Positions 1-9,136 of a stretch of 64,000 nucleotides of DNA are shown here, piece after piece; positions within the stretch are counted from its first letter, which is position 1; each line of letters opens with the position of its first letter. The position numbers and the translations under genes are program-made. The stretch is from Nitrospinota bacterium (GTDB lineage: Bacteria; UBA8248), in the NCBI GenBank assembly GCA_030754595.1, contig JASLZZ010000078.1:1-64000 (forward strand), in the 5' to 3' direction. Below the pieces are notes generated by a model. The model did not search any database. It saw nothing but the letters and a program-made list of their open reading frames with translations, and was not told where the DNA came from.

Positions 1-11
1 GCCACTCCGGC
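1..11 (-). tRNA. possible 5' end of a tRNA (Leu-like), cut off by the window edge
   Basis: The reverse complement reads GCCGGAGTGGC, a typical tRNA-Leu start (acceptor stem plus TGGC). Only 11 nt are visible. Confidence 0.35.
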
Positions 12-18
12 CCAAAGA

Positions 19-31
19 TATCAATGATTTA
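19..31 (+). promoter_or_regulatory. IHF consensus site
   Basis: TATCAATGATTTA matches WATCAANNNNTTR exactly. Confidence 0.5.
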
Positions 32-191
32 GCCCATTGTCCCAAGTCACAACAGTGCCACAAATAGACGAATATGTCACATCCGGCGGAAAAATCGACA
101 TGAGTTTTCACTCAATTTACACAACAATTTTGAATTATACACCGAGCCGAAGGTATCACCCGATAATTTTTATCATGGGTTGGCGAAAGTG

Positions 192-338
192 GTGCGGAGC
201 GAGAGAAGAGATAAACTGTTAGCGGGGATTCACAAGCTGCTGAGCAGACACCTCAAGCGTTCTTCTCTGTCCACCCCTGAAATTACGGGTACGAGGTCTA
301 CTAATTAGCCGGGAGCGGCTGAGCTGGGCGCTCCGTAC
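192..338. ncRNA. candidate structured intergenic RNA of unknown family
   Basis: Closing stem GTGCGGAGCG(192-201)/CGCTCCGTAC(329-338), inner stem AGAGAAGA(202-209)/TCTTCTCT(261-268), and hairpin AGCCG-GGAG-CGGCT(307-320). Confidence 0.3.
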
Positions 339-352
339 GGACGAAAGACAGG

Positions 353-598
353 TTATTTGCCCACGCCGTCGTATTCCTTCCAACTCGACGGAGCGACCTC
401 CTGGGCCTCGATTCTCCACGATACGGCGCCGACGCACTCCGGACACAACACGATAAAACGCGCTTCGGGGTCATCCTCCATTTCGTCCCGGAAAACATTC
501 AGGCAGTTTCGGCAGTGCATCTGGTTGCATGCCGTACAATAGTTCGGGTTCGGGTGCGTGAATCTCAGCCCGCAAGCGGGACAATCAACGGTTTCCAT
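353..598 (-). CDS. small Cys-rich putative double zinc-finger protein
   Basis: 81 aa with four CxxC pairs (CPAC, CTAC, CRNC, CPEC) and an ATG start. Confidence 0.7.
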   Translation of the reverse strand: METVDCPACGLRFTHPNPNYCTACNQMHCRNCLNVFRDEMEDDPEARFIVLCPECVGAVSWRIEAQEVAPSSWKEYDGVGK

Positions 599-728
599 TA
601 TGACAATTCTTTCGCCGGATTAATCTTTCTCCGGGCTTTGGTACCCATATCTCATTAGCGGAAATGAAACGCCTTTGCTACTTTATTCGTATTGTTGTTT
701 TTAGCACTTATCGAGGAGGCGCTCCATC

Positions 729-1511
729 ATGATTATCGATACCGACCGGCTAGACGACTACGAACTTATCGACCTAAGCCACCCCTGGGGGCATGGCGCG
801 CCCCTGTGGCCCTACTTTCCCGACCTAAAAATCGAGCGGTTCCATTATCACGCCAAAAGTCAGGTCCTCAGCCAACAAATCACCACATTCATGCACTGCA
901 CCACCCACACCGACGCCCCGGCACACGTTATCGAGGGCACCCCCTTCATGGACGAAGTGCCCTTGACCAGCTTCTTCGGTAACGCCGTCTGCGTCGATAT
1001 CCCCAAGGAGAAATGGGAGGTCATCACCCCGGAGGACCTCGACAAGGCCCGGCCCGAAATCCGCCCCGGCGATATCGTCATCCTCCACACGGGGTGGCAT
1101 CAATACTACGGCGACAACACGAAATATTTCATCTACTCCCCCGGACTTTACCGCGATGCCGGGGAGTGGTTCGTCGAAAAAGGGGTCAAGGGTGTGGGCT
1201 GCGACCACCAGGCGCTGGATCACCCCCTAGGCACCAAAATCGCCTGGGGGCCGGAACCTATCTGCCCCTTCACGATTGACGAGTACAAAGCCGACACCGG
1301 AAGGCATCCCGACGAGGACTTCCCGGACTGGGAGCCCTGCCACCGGCTTTTGCTTGGCAACGGAATCGTCGGGTTCGAAAACGTGGGCGGGGACATCGAC
1401 CGGGTGGTGGGAAAGCGGTTCACGGTGGCGGCTTTCCCGTGGCGCTGGAGAGGCGGCGACGGATGCATCGTCCGCCTTGTGGCCATTGTCCTTAAATCCG
1501 AGCTTGATTAA
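729..1511 (+). CDS. cyclase family metal-dependent hydrolase (kynurenine formamidase-like)
   Basis: LIDLSHP, HCTTHTDAPAH, GDIVILHTGW, H..LL..GI..FEN and GGDG..VR motifs; RBS GAGGAGG. Confidence 0.9.
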   Translation: MIIDTDRLDDYELIDLSHPWGHGAPLWPYFPDLKIERFHYHAKSQVLSQQITTFMHCTTHTDAPAHVIEGTPFMDEVPLTSFFGNAVCVDIPKEKWEVITPEDLDKARPEIRPGDIVILHTGWHQYYGDNTKYFIYSPGLYRDAGEWFVEKGVKGVGCDHQALDHPLGTKIAWGPEPICPFTIDEYKADTGRHPDEDFPDWEPCHRLLLGNGIVGFENVGGDIDRVVGKRFTVAAFPWRWRGGDGCIVRLVAIVLKSELD

Positions 1512-1534
1512 GACACCATTGAAGGAAAGAGGCG

Positions 1535-1915
1535 CTAGTCGGCGGCCTTGGATGTTATCTTCTTTGAATCGCCCGGCTTTTTCTCGCCGCCGCTCTTGGA
1601 TTCGCTCTTAGACTCGCTCTTGGATTCACTCTTGGTCTCGGTCGCCGTCACGGAAGTGGATTCGCTTTGGGATTTTTCGGAGGATTCGATTTTGGATTCT
1701 TTGGCGGCGCCGTCCTTCTCCGGTTTTTTCCCGTTCTTGCCGTAGTCCGTCACATACCAACCTTCGCCTTTCAGATGAAAAGCGGAGCGGGAAATTTTGC
1801 GGCGCAGCTTCAATCGGCCGCAGGCGGGGCATTTTCGAAGAGCCCCGGCGGACATGCCCTGCATGGTTTCGTGCTCCTCACCGCAGGAACCGCATTCGTA
1901 TTCGTAAATCGGCAC
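1535..1915 (-). CDS. FmdB family zinc-ribbon protein with a Ser/Lys/Glu-rich tail
   Basis: GTG start; PIYEYECGSC...CPAC...FHLKGEGWYVTDY; SESK repeats in the tail. Confidence 0.9.
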   Translation of the reverse strand: MPIYEYECGSCGEEHETMQGMSAGALRKCPACGRLKLRRKISRSAFHLKGEGWYVTDYGKNGKKPEKDGAAKESKIESSEKSQSESTSVTATETKSESKSESKSESKSGGEKKPGDSKKITSKAAD

Positions 1916-1940
1916 AACTACACTCCCATTGTTGTGTGGG

Positions 1941-2855
1941 TCAAACGTTCGTGAGCCAACTGAGATGAGCCTCGTCCTCTCCATTGACCACGGAGAAAAA
2001 AGAGGTCTGTAGGCGCTTGGTAATCGGTCCCGGCTTACCGCCGCCGATCATCCGGCCGTCCACTTCCCGAATCGGGGTGAGTTCGGCGGCCGTTCCCGTG
2101 AAAAACGCTTCGTCGGCGGCATACACCTCGTCCCGAGCGAACATCTCGACCTCTATCTCGAGGCCTTGCTCCCGGGCCAACGCCATCACTGTCTCGCGCG
2201 TGATTCCCCTTAAAACACCGTGGAGGGGAGGTGTCTTCAGTATCCCGTCGCGCACGAGAAAAATATTTTCCCCCGAGCCCTGGGCGACGAATCCCTCGGG
2301 ATCAATCATCAACGCTTCATCAACGCCGGACCGGACCGCTTCCATCTTGGCCAACTGGCTGACAGCGTAGTTCCCCGTCGTCTTTGCGCCGGTCATATAG
2401 CTGTTGGGATGATGGCTCGTGAAGGATGAGACCTTGACCCGGATCCCTTTTTTGAGGCCTTCCTCGCCCAGATAAGCGCCCCACTTCCAGGCCGCTATCA
2501 TGCTCCGGACGGGCGCGCCAGCGGGGTTCACTCCCATCGAACCGTAGCCGAGCCAGACCAGCGGACGGATATAGCACGCCTCTACCTTATTGACGCGGAT
2601 GGTCTCTATGACCGCGTTCGTGAGCGTCGCCTGATCGTAGGGGAGATCGATGCCGACGATATGGGAGGAATCGCATAGGCGCCTCATGTGCTCATCGAGG
2701 CGAAAGACGGCGGGGCCACGGCTCGTCTTATAGCAACGAATCCCTTCGAAAACTCCCAACCCATAATGCAGACTGTGGGTAAGAATGTGAATTTTCGCCT
2801 CGTCCCATGGCAAAAATTCGCCGTCCATCCATATTTTTTCGGTGGCGCCTTCCAA
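1941..2855 (-). CDS. ilvE: branched-chain amino acid aminotransferase
   Basis: IWMDGE, LHYGLGVFEGIR, AK..GNY, GENIF, L.GITR and FFTGTAAE motifs. Confidence 0.95.
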   Translation of the reverse strand: MEGATEKIWMDGEFLPWDEAKIHILTHSLHYGLGVFEGIRCYKTSRGPAVFRLDEHMRRLCDSSHIVGIDLPYDQATLTNAVIETIRVNKVEACYIRPLVWLGYGSMGVNPAGAPVRSMIAAWKWGAYLGEEGLKKGIRVKVSSFTSHHPNSYMTGAKTTGNYAVSQLAKMEAVRSGVDEALMIDPEGFVAQGSGENIFLVRDGILKTPPLHGVLRGITRETVMALAREQGLEIEVEMFARDEVYAADEAFFTGTAAELTPIREVDGRMIGGGKPGPITKRLQTSFFSVVNGEDEAHLSWLTNV

Positions 2856-2911
2856 AATTCAAAACCCCATCTAAAAGTAGGAAATTGACCTGATATTCGG
2901 GCAACCGAGGG

Positions 2912-2940
2912 AGTATAGATAGCTGAAACCGAGGGAGCAA
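2912..2940 (-). promoter_or_regulatory. sigma70-type promoter for ilvE
   Basis: Minus strand TTGCTC-N17-TATACT. Confidence 0.6.
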
Positions 2941-2974
2941 CCTCCTCCCGGCTACTCCGCGCTAAAACCGGGAT

Positions 2975-3973
2975 TCAGGCGGTTCCGGAGTTATTTTCAT
3001 ATATTTCAGGGTTTTGCAGCATCTTCGGATCAGGCCGCGTCCCACTTAAAACCTTGACGATGCTTTCCGTCGCCATGTGAAAGATCCGCTCGTGGGCCAG
3101 ATGGGTGGACCCCGCCAGATGCGGCGTGACTATGGCATTGGGGAGATAAAAAAGCGGATTCTCCCTCGAAGGGGGCTCGCTCTCGAAAACATCGAGCCCG
3201 GCGGAGGCGATAACCTCCTCGCGGAGCGCGCCCACAAGCGCACTTTCATCGATGATCGGCCCTCTCGCGCAATTCACGATAACAGCGTGGGATTTCATCA
3301 TTCCAAAACGATCGGCGCCGAACATATTTCTGGTCTCCGGCGTCAGGCTGCAGTGAATTGAGATGATGTCCGACTCCCGCGTCAGAGTATCCAAATCCAC
3401 CGGCTCTGCGCCGCGCGCGCGAATCTCATCGGGTTCGACATAAGGATCGGTGGCGAGAATCCGCCCCTCGAAACCCCGGAGCAATCGGGCAAACTCGCGG
3501 CCCACGTTTCCGATACCGACGATGCCGAAGGTCGCTCCCGTAAGCTCAATTGTATCTTCAAGCACCTCTCGCCAGGCGCCCTCTTTCAGCAACCTCATGT
3601 AGGGGGGAATTCGCCGGACCGTGGAAAGCATCAAGGCCAGGGCCGCCTCCGCCACGGCGATGGCATTGGAGCCGGGGCAGTTCGTCACCGGGATACCCGC
3701 CCGGGTCGCGGCCGGGATATCGATATTTTCGACTCCGACACCGAACTTGGCGACAATCTTCAAGCGCGAGCCGGCCCGGATCACTTCCTCGGTCACCTGC
3801 TCCCGCGAGGTGACCAGGAGAGCATCCCACTCCGGGACTCCTCGGGCCAGGTCCTCAGGCGTCCATTTCTCCGGGCCGCCCTCACGCACCTCGCCATGGG
3901 GCCCAAGAAGTTTTCGCAAAAGGGACATGGGTGTCCTCGGTTCGGGTACGAAAATGACAGGCCGATCGTTCAA
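2975..3973 (-). CDS. D-isomer-specific 2-hydroxyacid dehydrogenase (SerA/GhrB-like)
   Basis: GVGVENID, GIVGIGNVG, VNCARG, LDVFESEP and TPHLAG motifs; TTG start at 3973 with GGGAG RBS. Confidence 0.9.
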   Translation of the reverse strand: MNDRPVIFVPEPRTPMSLLRKLLGPHGEVREGGPEKWTPEDLARGVPEWDALLVTSREQVTEEVIRAGSRLKIVAKFGVGVENIDIPAATRAGIPVTNCPGSNAIAVAEAALALMLSTVRRIPPYMRLLKEGAWREVLEDTIELTGATFGIVGIGNVGREFARLLRGFEGRILATDPYVEPDEIRARGAEPVDLDTLTRESDIISIHCSLTPETRNMFGADRFGMMKSHAVIVNCARGPIIDESALVGALREEVIASAGLDVFESEPPSRENPLFYLPNAIVTPHLAGSTHLAHERIFHMATESIVKVLSGTRPDPKMLQNPEIYENNSGTA

Positions 3974-4020
3974 TGTGCAGGTCTCCCCCGCGGCGGGAAT
4001 CCAGCCGGAACCGGTCCGGC

Positions 4021-4818
4021 TTAAGTGCCCACCACCAATGCTGCCGTTCTCTGGCGCAAAAAATGGATGTTCGATAAATAAGTAAGAATCCCCGTCCTGT
4101 GGTTTTCCGTCGGGATATTTTCGATTCTTATAAAAGAGCGGCCAAACTCGCCCACCGCCTCCACCTCGTGAACATTCCTGTTCGCCGTCGGATCGCAAAT
4201 AATTCGCATTCGAGTCCGGTGGGGGCCGATCCCGGCGAGGCTGACAGCGGCAGATACATTGACGTTGGCGGGAAATCCCTTGCAAGCCTCAATCGGTGAG
4301 CCTTCGAAGATAACCGTCGGCTCGGTAATTTTATCGATTTCGATGTTGTTTTCATCAATAAACGGCGCCCCCTTGAGACTCTGAGGGGGTTTTGTCGTGG
4401 TCATGGTCACCGACTCCAACTTTCCCGTGGCCGCTCCCTTGAGACCATCCAAGCCAATAATCGCCCCCGAGGGAACATAGATGCGGGCCTTGTTTTCCTC
4501 GGCCAATGCCACAAGATCGCCCCGTTCCAAAAGGGCGCCCACCGAGTTGATAACGACGTCCTTTCCCCGGGACAGGGCCTCCCGGCAAATTGTCTCAACG
4601 GTAGGACCGCCGGAGGCCTCCAGCACGGTATCGGAGACTTCCGCCACCTCCGGAATCTCCATCATAGGGGGCCTTCTCGTCAGCGAATCCAGAAAATCAG
4701 CCGCGTTCCCGGGCGTTCGCGTCGCCACACCGGAAACCGTAAAAGGGACCTGACCCTCATCAGCGGCCTTGACTACGGCACGCCCGATAATCCCCAAACC
4801 AATGACTCCAAGATTCAT
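4021..4818 (-). CDS. nadX: L-aspartate dehydrogenase
   Basis: GVIGLGIIG, SVGAL, PSGAIIGLDG, TKPP, FPANVNV and NVHEV motifs; ATG at 4818. Confidence 0.85.
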   Translation of the reverse strand: MNLGVIGLGIIGRAVVKAADEGQVPFTVSGVATRTPGNAADFLDSLTRRPPMMEIPEVAEVSDTVLEASGGPTVETICREALSRGKDVVINSVGALLERGDLVALAEENKARIYVPSGAIIGLDGLKGAATGKLESVTMTTTKPPQSLKGAPFIDENNIEIDKITEPTVIFEGSPIEACKGFPANVNVSAAVSLAGIGPHRTRMRIICDPTANRNVHEVEAVGEFGRSFIRIENIPTENHRTGILTYLSNIHFLRQRTAALVVGT

Positions 4819-5050
4819 CGCCTCTCCCGGCTGCCGGAAACTTAATCCTAGAGGGAAGATTCCGGATTCCCATCCGCCCAACCAACCCCTGAATACAAAG
4901 AAGGAAGGAGGATAATTTATAAATTCTAACCAGGATACTCCGTTTCTTGCTTTATTTCTCCCTTAGACCGGCTTAATATAGCTTTTTTGAACGGTATGCA
5001 GCCTTGTTTTTTAATTGTTGCCTATTTTCCATCCGCCAGCAGGGGAACCC

Positions 5051-5734
5051 ATGGTTTTCGAATCCATACTTGCCCAGGTTCCTTTGTTTTCCCATTTGCC
5101 GGACGAAGGGTTAGACGAACTGGGGGGAAAACTTCAACGCCGCCGGTTTGAACGTGAGCAGATCATCTTTCACAAAAACGACCCTGGCTCCACCCTCTAC
5201 ATCATCATTTCGGGCAAGGTGAAAATCGTCCTTCCCTCGGCCGAGGGAGAAGCCGTGCTCGTGGCCCTACTCTCCACCGGAGATTTCTTCGGCGAACTTT
5301 CGCTGTTTGACGGCGAACCGCGATCGGCTACCTCGATTGCCTCCGAGCCCACCGACATCCTCACTCTCGACCAAGAAGACCTTTTTGAATATCTTCGCGG
5401 TAACCCGAATGCGGCCGAGGAAATATTCTCGGAGTTGAGCCTTCGCCTCAGGCGGACGGACGAGTTGTTAAGCGACGCCGCCTTTTGCAATCTTTCGACC
5501 CGCCTATCGAAACGTATTCTCGACCTCGCGGAGCGCTACGGCCAACCCAACGAGGAAGGAAACACTCGTATCAACATGCGCCTGAGGCAGCAGGATCTTG
5601 CCGACATGGTGGGCGCCACCCGCGAGAGCGTGAACAAAATGCTGAAAACCTATAAGCTAAAAAACCTTCTATCGATAAAAAGTGGCTATATCACAATCCT
5701 CGACGAGGGAGCCTTGCGCCTCAGGGCGCGCTGA
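5051..5734 (+). CDS. Crp/Fnr family transcriptional regulator
   Basis: cNMP-binding domain (FFGELSLFDGEPRSA) plus HTH (QQDLADMVGATRESVNK). Confidence 0.93.
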   Translation: MVFESILAQVPLFSHLPDEGLDELGGKLQRRRFEREQIIFHKNDPGSTLYIIISGKVKIVLPSAEGEAVLVALLSTGDFFGELSLFDGEPRSATSIASEPTDILTLDQEDLFEYLRGNPNAAEEIFSELSLRLRRTDELLSDAAFCNLSTRLSKRILDLAERYGQPNEEGNTRINMRLRQQDLADMVGATRESVNKMLKTYKLKNLLSIKSGYITILDEGALRLRAR

Positions 5735-5895
5735 CCACCCGTCCCTCCCGGCCATTACTCTTTACTAAAGGTCATTTCATAACCTCTTTCGCGTAATATT
5801 CGTCCGTCAAAGGCCTTGATTTTATCGGCCTTCTCACAGGGGTGGAAACCTCGGGAATGGGCTATGAAATGACTTCTAACCAAACACTACCAGTT

Positions 5896-6969
5896 CTATT
5901 TTGCCCGGCTCCCCAGGCCGCGGAGCATGTGGTCGGCGAGCACCAGCGCCACCATCGCCTCGCCAATCGGGACCGCCCTCGTGGCCACGCACGGATCGTG
6001 GCGCCCCTCCACCCGAACCGTCGTCTTTTCTCCGGAAACTGTCACCGTCTCCTGCTCAATCGGAATCGACGAGGTGGGCTTTACCGCGAAGGTCACGACT
6101 ATCGGCGCGCCCGTTGAAATTCCTCCCAGGATTCCGCCGGCGTTATTCGTCCTGGGAACGACAATACCGTCCACCATATCAAACGCATCGTTGTGCTCTG
6201 AGCCCTTCATCGAGGCCGCCCTGAAACCCGAACCTATTTCAACGCCTTTTACGGCATTGATCCCCATGATGGCCAATGCGAGTTCGGCGTCCAGCCGCCC
6301 ATAGATTGGCTCGCCCAGACCCGGGGGGGCGCCAATCGCTATTACGGAGATAATCCCTCCGAGAGAATCGCCCTCTTTTCTAGCGGCGAGAATGGCCTCC
6401 TCCATCTTCAGGGCCGTTTCCGCATCCGGGCAGCGACAAGAATTGCGCTCTATTTCCTCCAAATCGAAATTACTCCCGTCCCAGGTAATATCGGCGATTT
6501 GGGAGACGAAACCCTGGACGTTTATTCCACGATCGGCGAGATATTTTTTAGCAATCGCGCCGGCCGCCACCCTCGACGCCGTCTCCCGCGCACTGGCCCT
6601 TCCTCCGCCACGGTGGTCGCGGTGGCCCCATTTGACCCAATAAGTGAAATCCGCGTGCCCCGGTCGGAAAAGATTTTTCAAGTTATCGTATTTTGACGAG
6701 TCGGTGTCCTTGTTTCGAATCAAAATTGAAATCGGCGTTCCCGTCGTCTTGCCCTCGAAAACTCCCGAAAAAATTTCCGCCCGATCTTCTTCGCCGCGCT
6801 GAGTCGTCACCTTGCTCTGCCCGGGCCGGCGGCGGTCGAGGTCACGCTGAAGATCGGCCTCTTCGACGGAAATACCCGCGGGGCACCCATCCACCACGAC
6901 TCCAATAGCCGGGCCGTGGGATTCGCCCCAGGTGGTAAAACGGAATTTTTGACCAAATGTATTCGACAC
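5896..6969 (-). CDS. aroC: chorismate synthase
   Basis: GESHG, RPGHAD, GGGRASARET, NNAGGILGGIS and GRHDPC motifs. Confidence 0.97.
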   Translation of the reverse strand: MSNTFGQKFRFTTWGESHGPAIGVVVDGCPAGISVEEADLQRDLDRRRPGQSKVTTQRGEEDRAEIFSGVFEGKTTGTPISILIRNKDTDSSKYDNLKNLFRPGHADFTYWVKWGHRDHRGGGRASARETASRVAAGAIAKKYLADRGINVQGFVSQIADITWDGSNFDLEEIERNSCRCPDAETALKMEEAILAARKEGDSLGGIISVIAIGAPPGLGEPIYGRLDAELALAIMGINAVKGVEIGSGFRAASMKGSEHNDAFDMVDGIVVPRTNNAGGILGGISTGAPIVVTFAVKPTSSIPIEQETVTVSGEKTTVRVEGRHDPCVATRAVPIGEAMVALVLADHMLRGLGSRAK

Positions 6970-6992
6970 GGAGAAAAACCCTCCTTATGGGT

Positions 6993-7535
6993 TCATTTAC
7001 GGGATTTCATCCATTCCACAACTTCTTCAAAGGCCAAGCTCGCTCCCCGGGAGGGCTTTTCGCCGTCCGGATTATCGACGACAACATCGGCCACCTCCTC
7101 GTACCAGGGGAGGCGCTCGGCGAGCAGCCGCCTCAGTTCCGCTTCGGGGTCCGCCTCGCCGTCCAGGTATGCGGGCCACCCGCCCGAGCGAACCCTACGG
7201 ACCAAATCCTCCTCGGGAACGCGGATATAAACCACGCAACACCCCTCGACAAGCTCCCTGGCGGCCGGCGCGAGGACCGCGCCTCCCCCCAGGGAGAGAA
7301 CCATGTTTTCCTCGGACAACGCCTCGGCAAGCAGATTCGCCTCCATCTCCCTGAAGCGTTCCGCCCCCAGGCGCCGGAACGCCTGCCGGACATCCACATC
7401 CTCCCCAAGCTCCCTGGATGCGGCCCCCTTCATGCGCCAATCCAAATCGTCAAAGCGAAAACCGATTCTCTCCGCCAGGAGAGGACCCAGAGTCGATTTT
7501 CCAGCGCTTTTAAATCCGATAACCACAACATTCAT
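6993..7535 (-). CDS. aroK: shikimate kinase
   Basis: IGFKSAGKST P-loop, DLD, FREME, SLGGG and R...Y motifs; adjacent to aroC. Confidence 0.85.
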   Translation of the reverse strand: MNVVVIGFKSAGKSTLGPLLAERIGFRFDDLDWRMKGAASRELGEDVDVRQAFRRLGAERFREMEANLLAEALSEENMVLSLGGGAVLAPAARELVEGCCVVYIRVPEEDLVRRVRSGGWPAYLDGEADPEAELRRLLAERLPWYEEVADVVVDNPDGEKPSRGASLAFEEVVEWMKSRK

Positions 7536-8548
7536 GCCCCTGTTCCTCTCTTCGGAACAGAGGCCATACTGGAAGGAAGTGTGGATTCCAAATAGGTGGC
7601 CAATGCCTCTCCCGCACAACGGATCAGATAGCCCCGGTCCGCTTCCGCCGGCTCAAGCCATAAAACGTTTTCAATTTTCTGGCACCACGTCCCCTGACGT
7701 TTTGCGTAGCTGCGGTGAAGCCGACAGATGCGTTCAACGCAATCCTCGAAACCCATCTCCCCTCGGCTTAGTGCCAGGGCATCCTCATAACCAAGGCCCT
7801 CGAAGGATCGCGCGCCGCTCAGCCCCGCCTCGGCAAGCCAGGCCGCCTCCTTCTGCATCCCGTTTTCGAGCATACGGCGAACCCTCTCCTCGATCCGCCT
7901 CCCCTGAATTTCCTTGGGCCAGGCCAACCCGATATAAAAGGGCTGGGAAAATCCTCCCCCGCCCGCCTCGGCCCGAAGCGCCGAAATAGGCCTTCCGGAC
8001 ACCTCGAAAACCTCGAGAGCTCGGATAATCCGTTTCTTGTCGTTCGGATGGACATTTTTCGCCGTAACCGGATCGCAATTCGACAGGCGGCGGTGGAGCG
8101 TTCCTGCACCCTCCCGCTCCGCCCATCTCTCGAGCCGGCTCCGAATGCTCATATCCGTGCCGGGGCCCTCGAAAAGTCCCTCCAGCAGCGCCCTGATATA
8201 AAGACCGCTCCCGCCCACAACAAAGGGAAAGGCCCCCCGCCCATAGATCTCATCCACACAAACGCGAGCCTCTTCAGCGTACCGGGACGCATTGAAAGTC
8301 TCATCCGGCTCGGCCACATCGATCATATGATGCGGGACAGCTTCGCGCTCCCTCAGCGTGGGTTTCATCGTTCCGACGGATAGGCTCCGGTAGATCTGGC
8401 GCGAGTCGGCTCCGATAATTTCGACCGCCACCCCTCGCTCCTTCAGCCAGCCGGCGACGGAAATCGCCATGGTGGTCTTTCCCGAACCCGTCGCGCCCAC
8501 CAGGGCGGCAATCGGCCGCTCATCTCCGGCTTGATTAAGGTTCGACAT
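7532..8548 (-). CDS. miaA: tRNA dimethylallyltransferase
   Basis: GATGSGKT, DSRQIYR, GT.KP, VGGSGLY, RIIRALEV and YAKRQ.TW motifs. Confidence 0.95.
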   Translation of the reverse strand: MSNLNQAGDERPIAALVGATGSGKTTMAISVAGWLKERGVAVEIIGADSRQIYRSLSVGTMKPTLREREAVPHHMIDVAEPDETFNASRYAEEARVCVDEIYGRGAFPFVVGGSGLYIRALLEGLFEGPGTDMSIRSRLERWAEREGAGTLHRRLSNCDPVTAKNVHPNDKKRIIRALEVFEVSGRPISALRAEAGGGGFSQPFYIGLAWPKEIQGRRIEERVRRMLENGMQKEAAWLAEAGLSGARSFEGLGYEDALALSRGEMGFEDCVERICRLHRSYAKRQGTWCQKIENVLWLEPAEADRGYLIRCAGEALATYLESTLPSSMASVPKRGTGA

Positions 8549-9080
8549 TTTCGAGCTCCGCGGCAAACGCCTGATAATCGTCCTCTCCAAACATGACAAA
8601 CTCGATTCTTTCGATAACGCCCGGCTCCGAGCGAAGGTGAGCGGCGGCGGATTGAAGCATCCCCCGGGCACACTGATTCAGTGCGAGTCCTCCCACCCCT
8701 GTTCCGATCGCGGGGAATGCGATGCTGGTGATTCCGAGATCGGCGCCGCGCCGCAAGCTGGCCGAGGTGCACGAGGCGAATATCTCCTCAGACGTCCTCA
8801 GGTCCTGGCCCATTCCCGCCGCATGAATCACATAGCGGGCCCTCAACGCACCCCCGCCGGTCGAAATGGCCTCACCGACCCCGATCGGCCCTTTTCGGAT
8901 GGCCTCCTCCTCGATAACGGCTCCGCCCTTTCTCTTGATCGCACCAGCAACGCCCGCACCCATCCACAGGTGATTATTCGCCGCGTTCACAATTGCGTCC
9001 ACGCCGCTGTCTGTGATGTCGCCTTGGGAAATTACCAGGAGACCCCGGCCTATGCGTTTTTCGATCATGGGAATCGACAT
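8535..9080 (-). CDS. macro domain protein (ADP-ribose binding/hydrolase)
   Basis: GDIT, DAIVNAAN..L.MGAGVAGAI, VIHA and IAFPAIGTGVGG motifs. Confidence 0.93.
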   Translation of the reverse strand: MSIPMIEKRIGRGLLVISQGDITDSGVDAIVNAANNHLWMGAGVAGAIKRKGGAVIEEEAIRKGPIGVGEAISTGGGALRARYVIHAAGMGQDLRTSEEIFASCTSASLRRGADLGITSIAFPAIGTGVGGLALNQCARGMLQSAAAHLRSEPGVIERIEFVMFGEDDYQAFAAELENVEP

Positions 9081-9136
9081 CCACGCGAGGCAGAGGATAT
9101 TTTATTCATCCGCCCTTTTGACGGGCGGGAAATTCG

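Noticed and set aside
140..338. 6S RNA
   Set aside because: Weak motif resemblance with wrong spacing; the predicted fold is not a rod with a central bubble.
3974..4285. long N-terminal extensions in the ORF track (also for miaA, cmk, sucD, lepB, alkA, the permease and pyrC)
   Set aside because: They overlap upstream genes in another frame; starts were reassigned using RBS and family N-termini.
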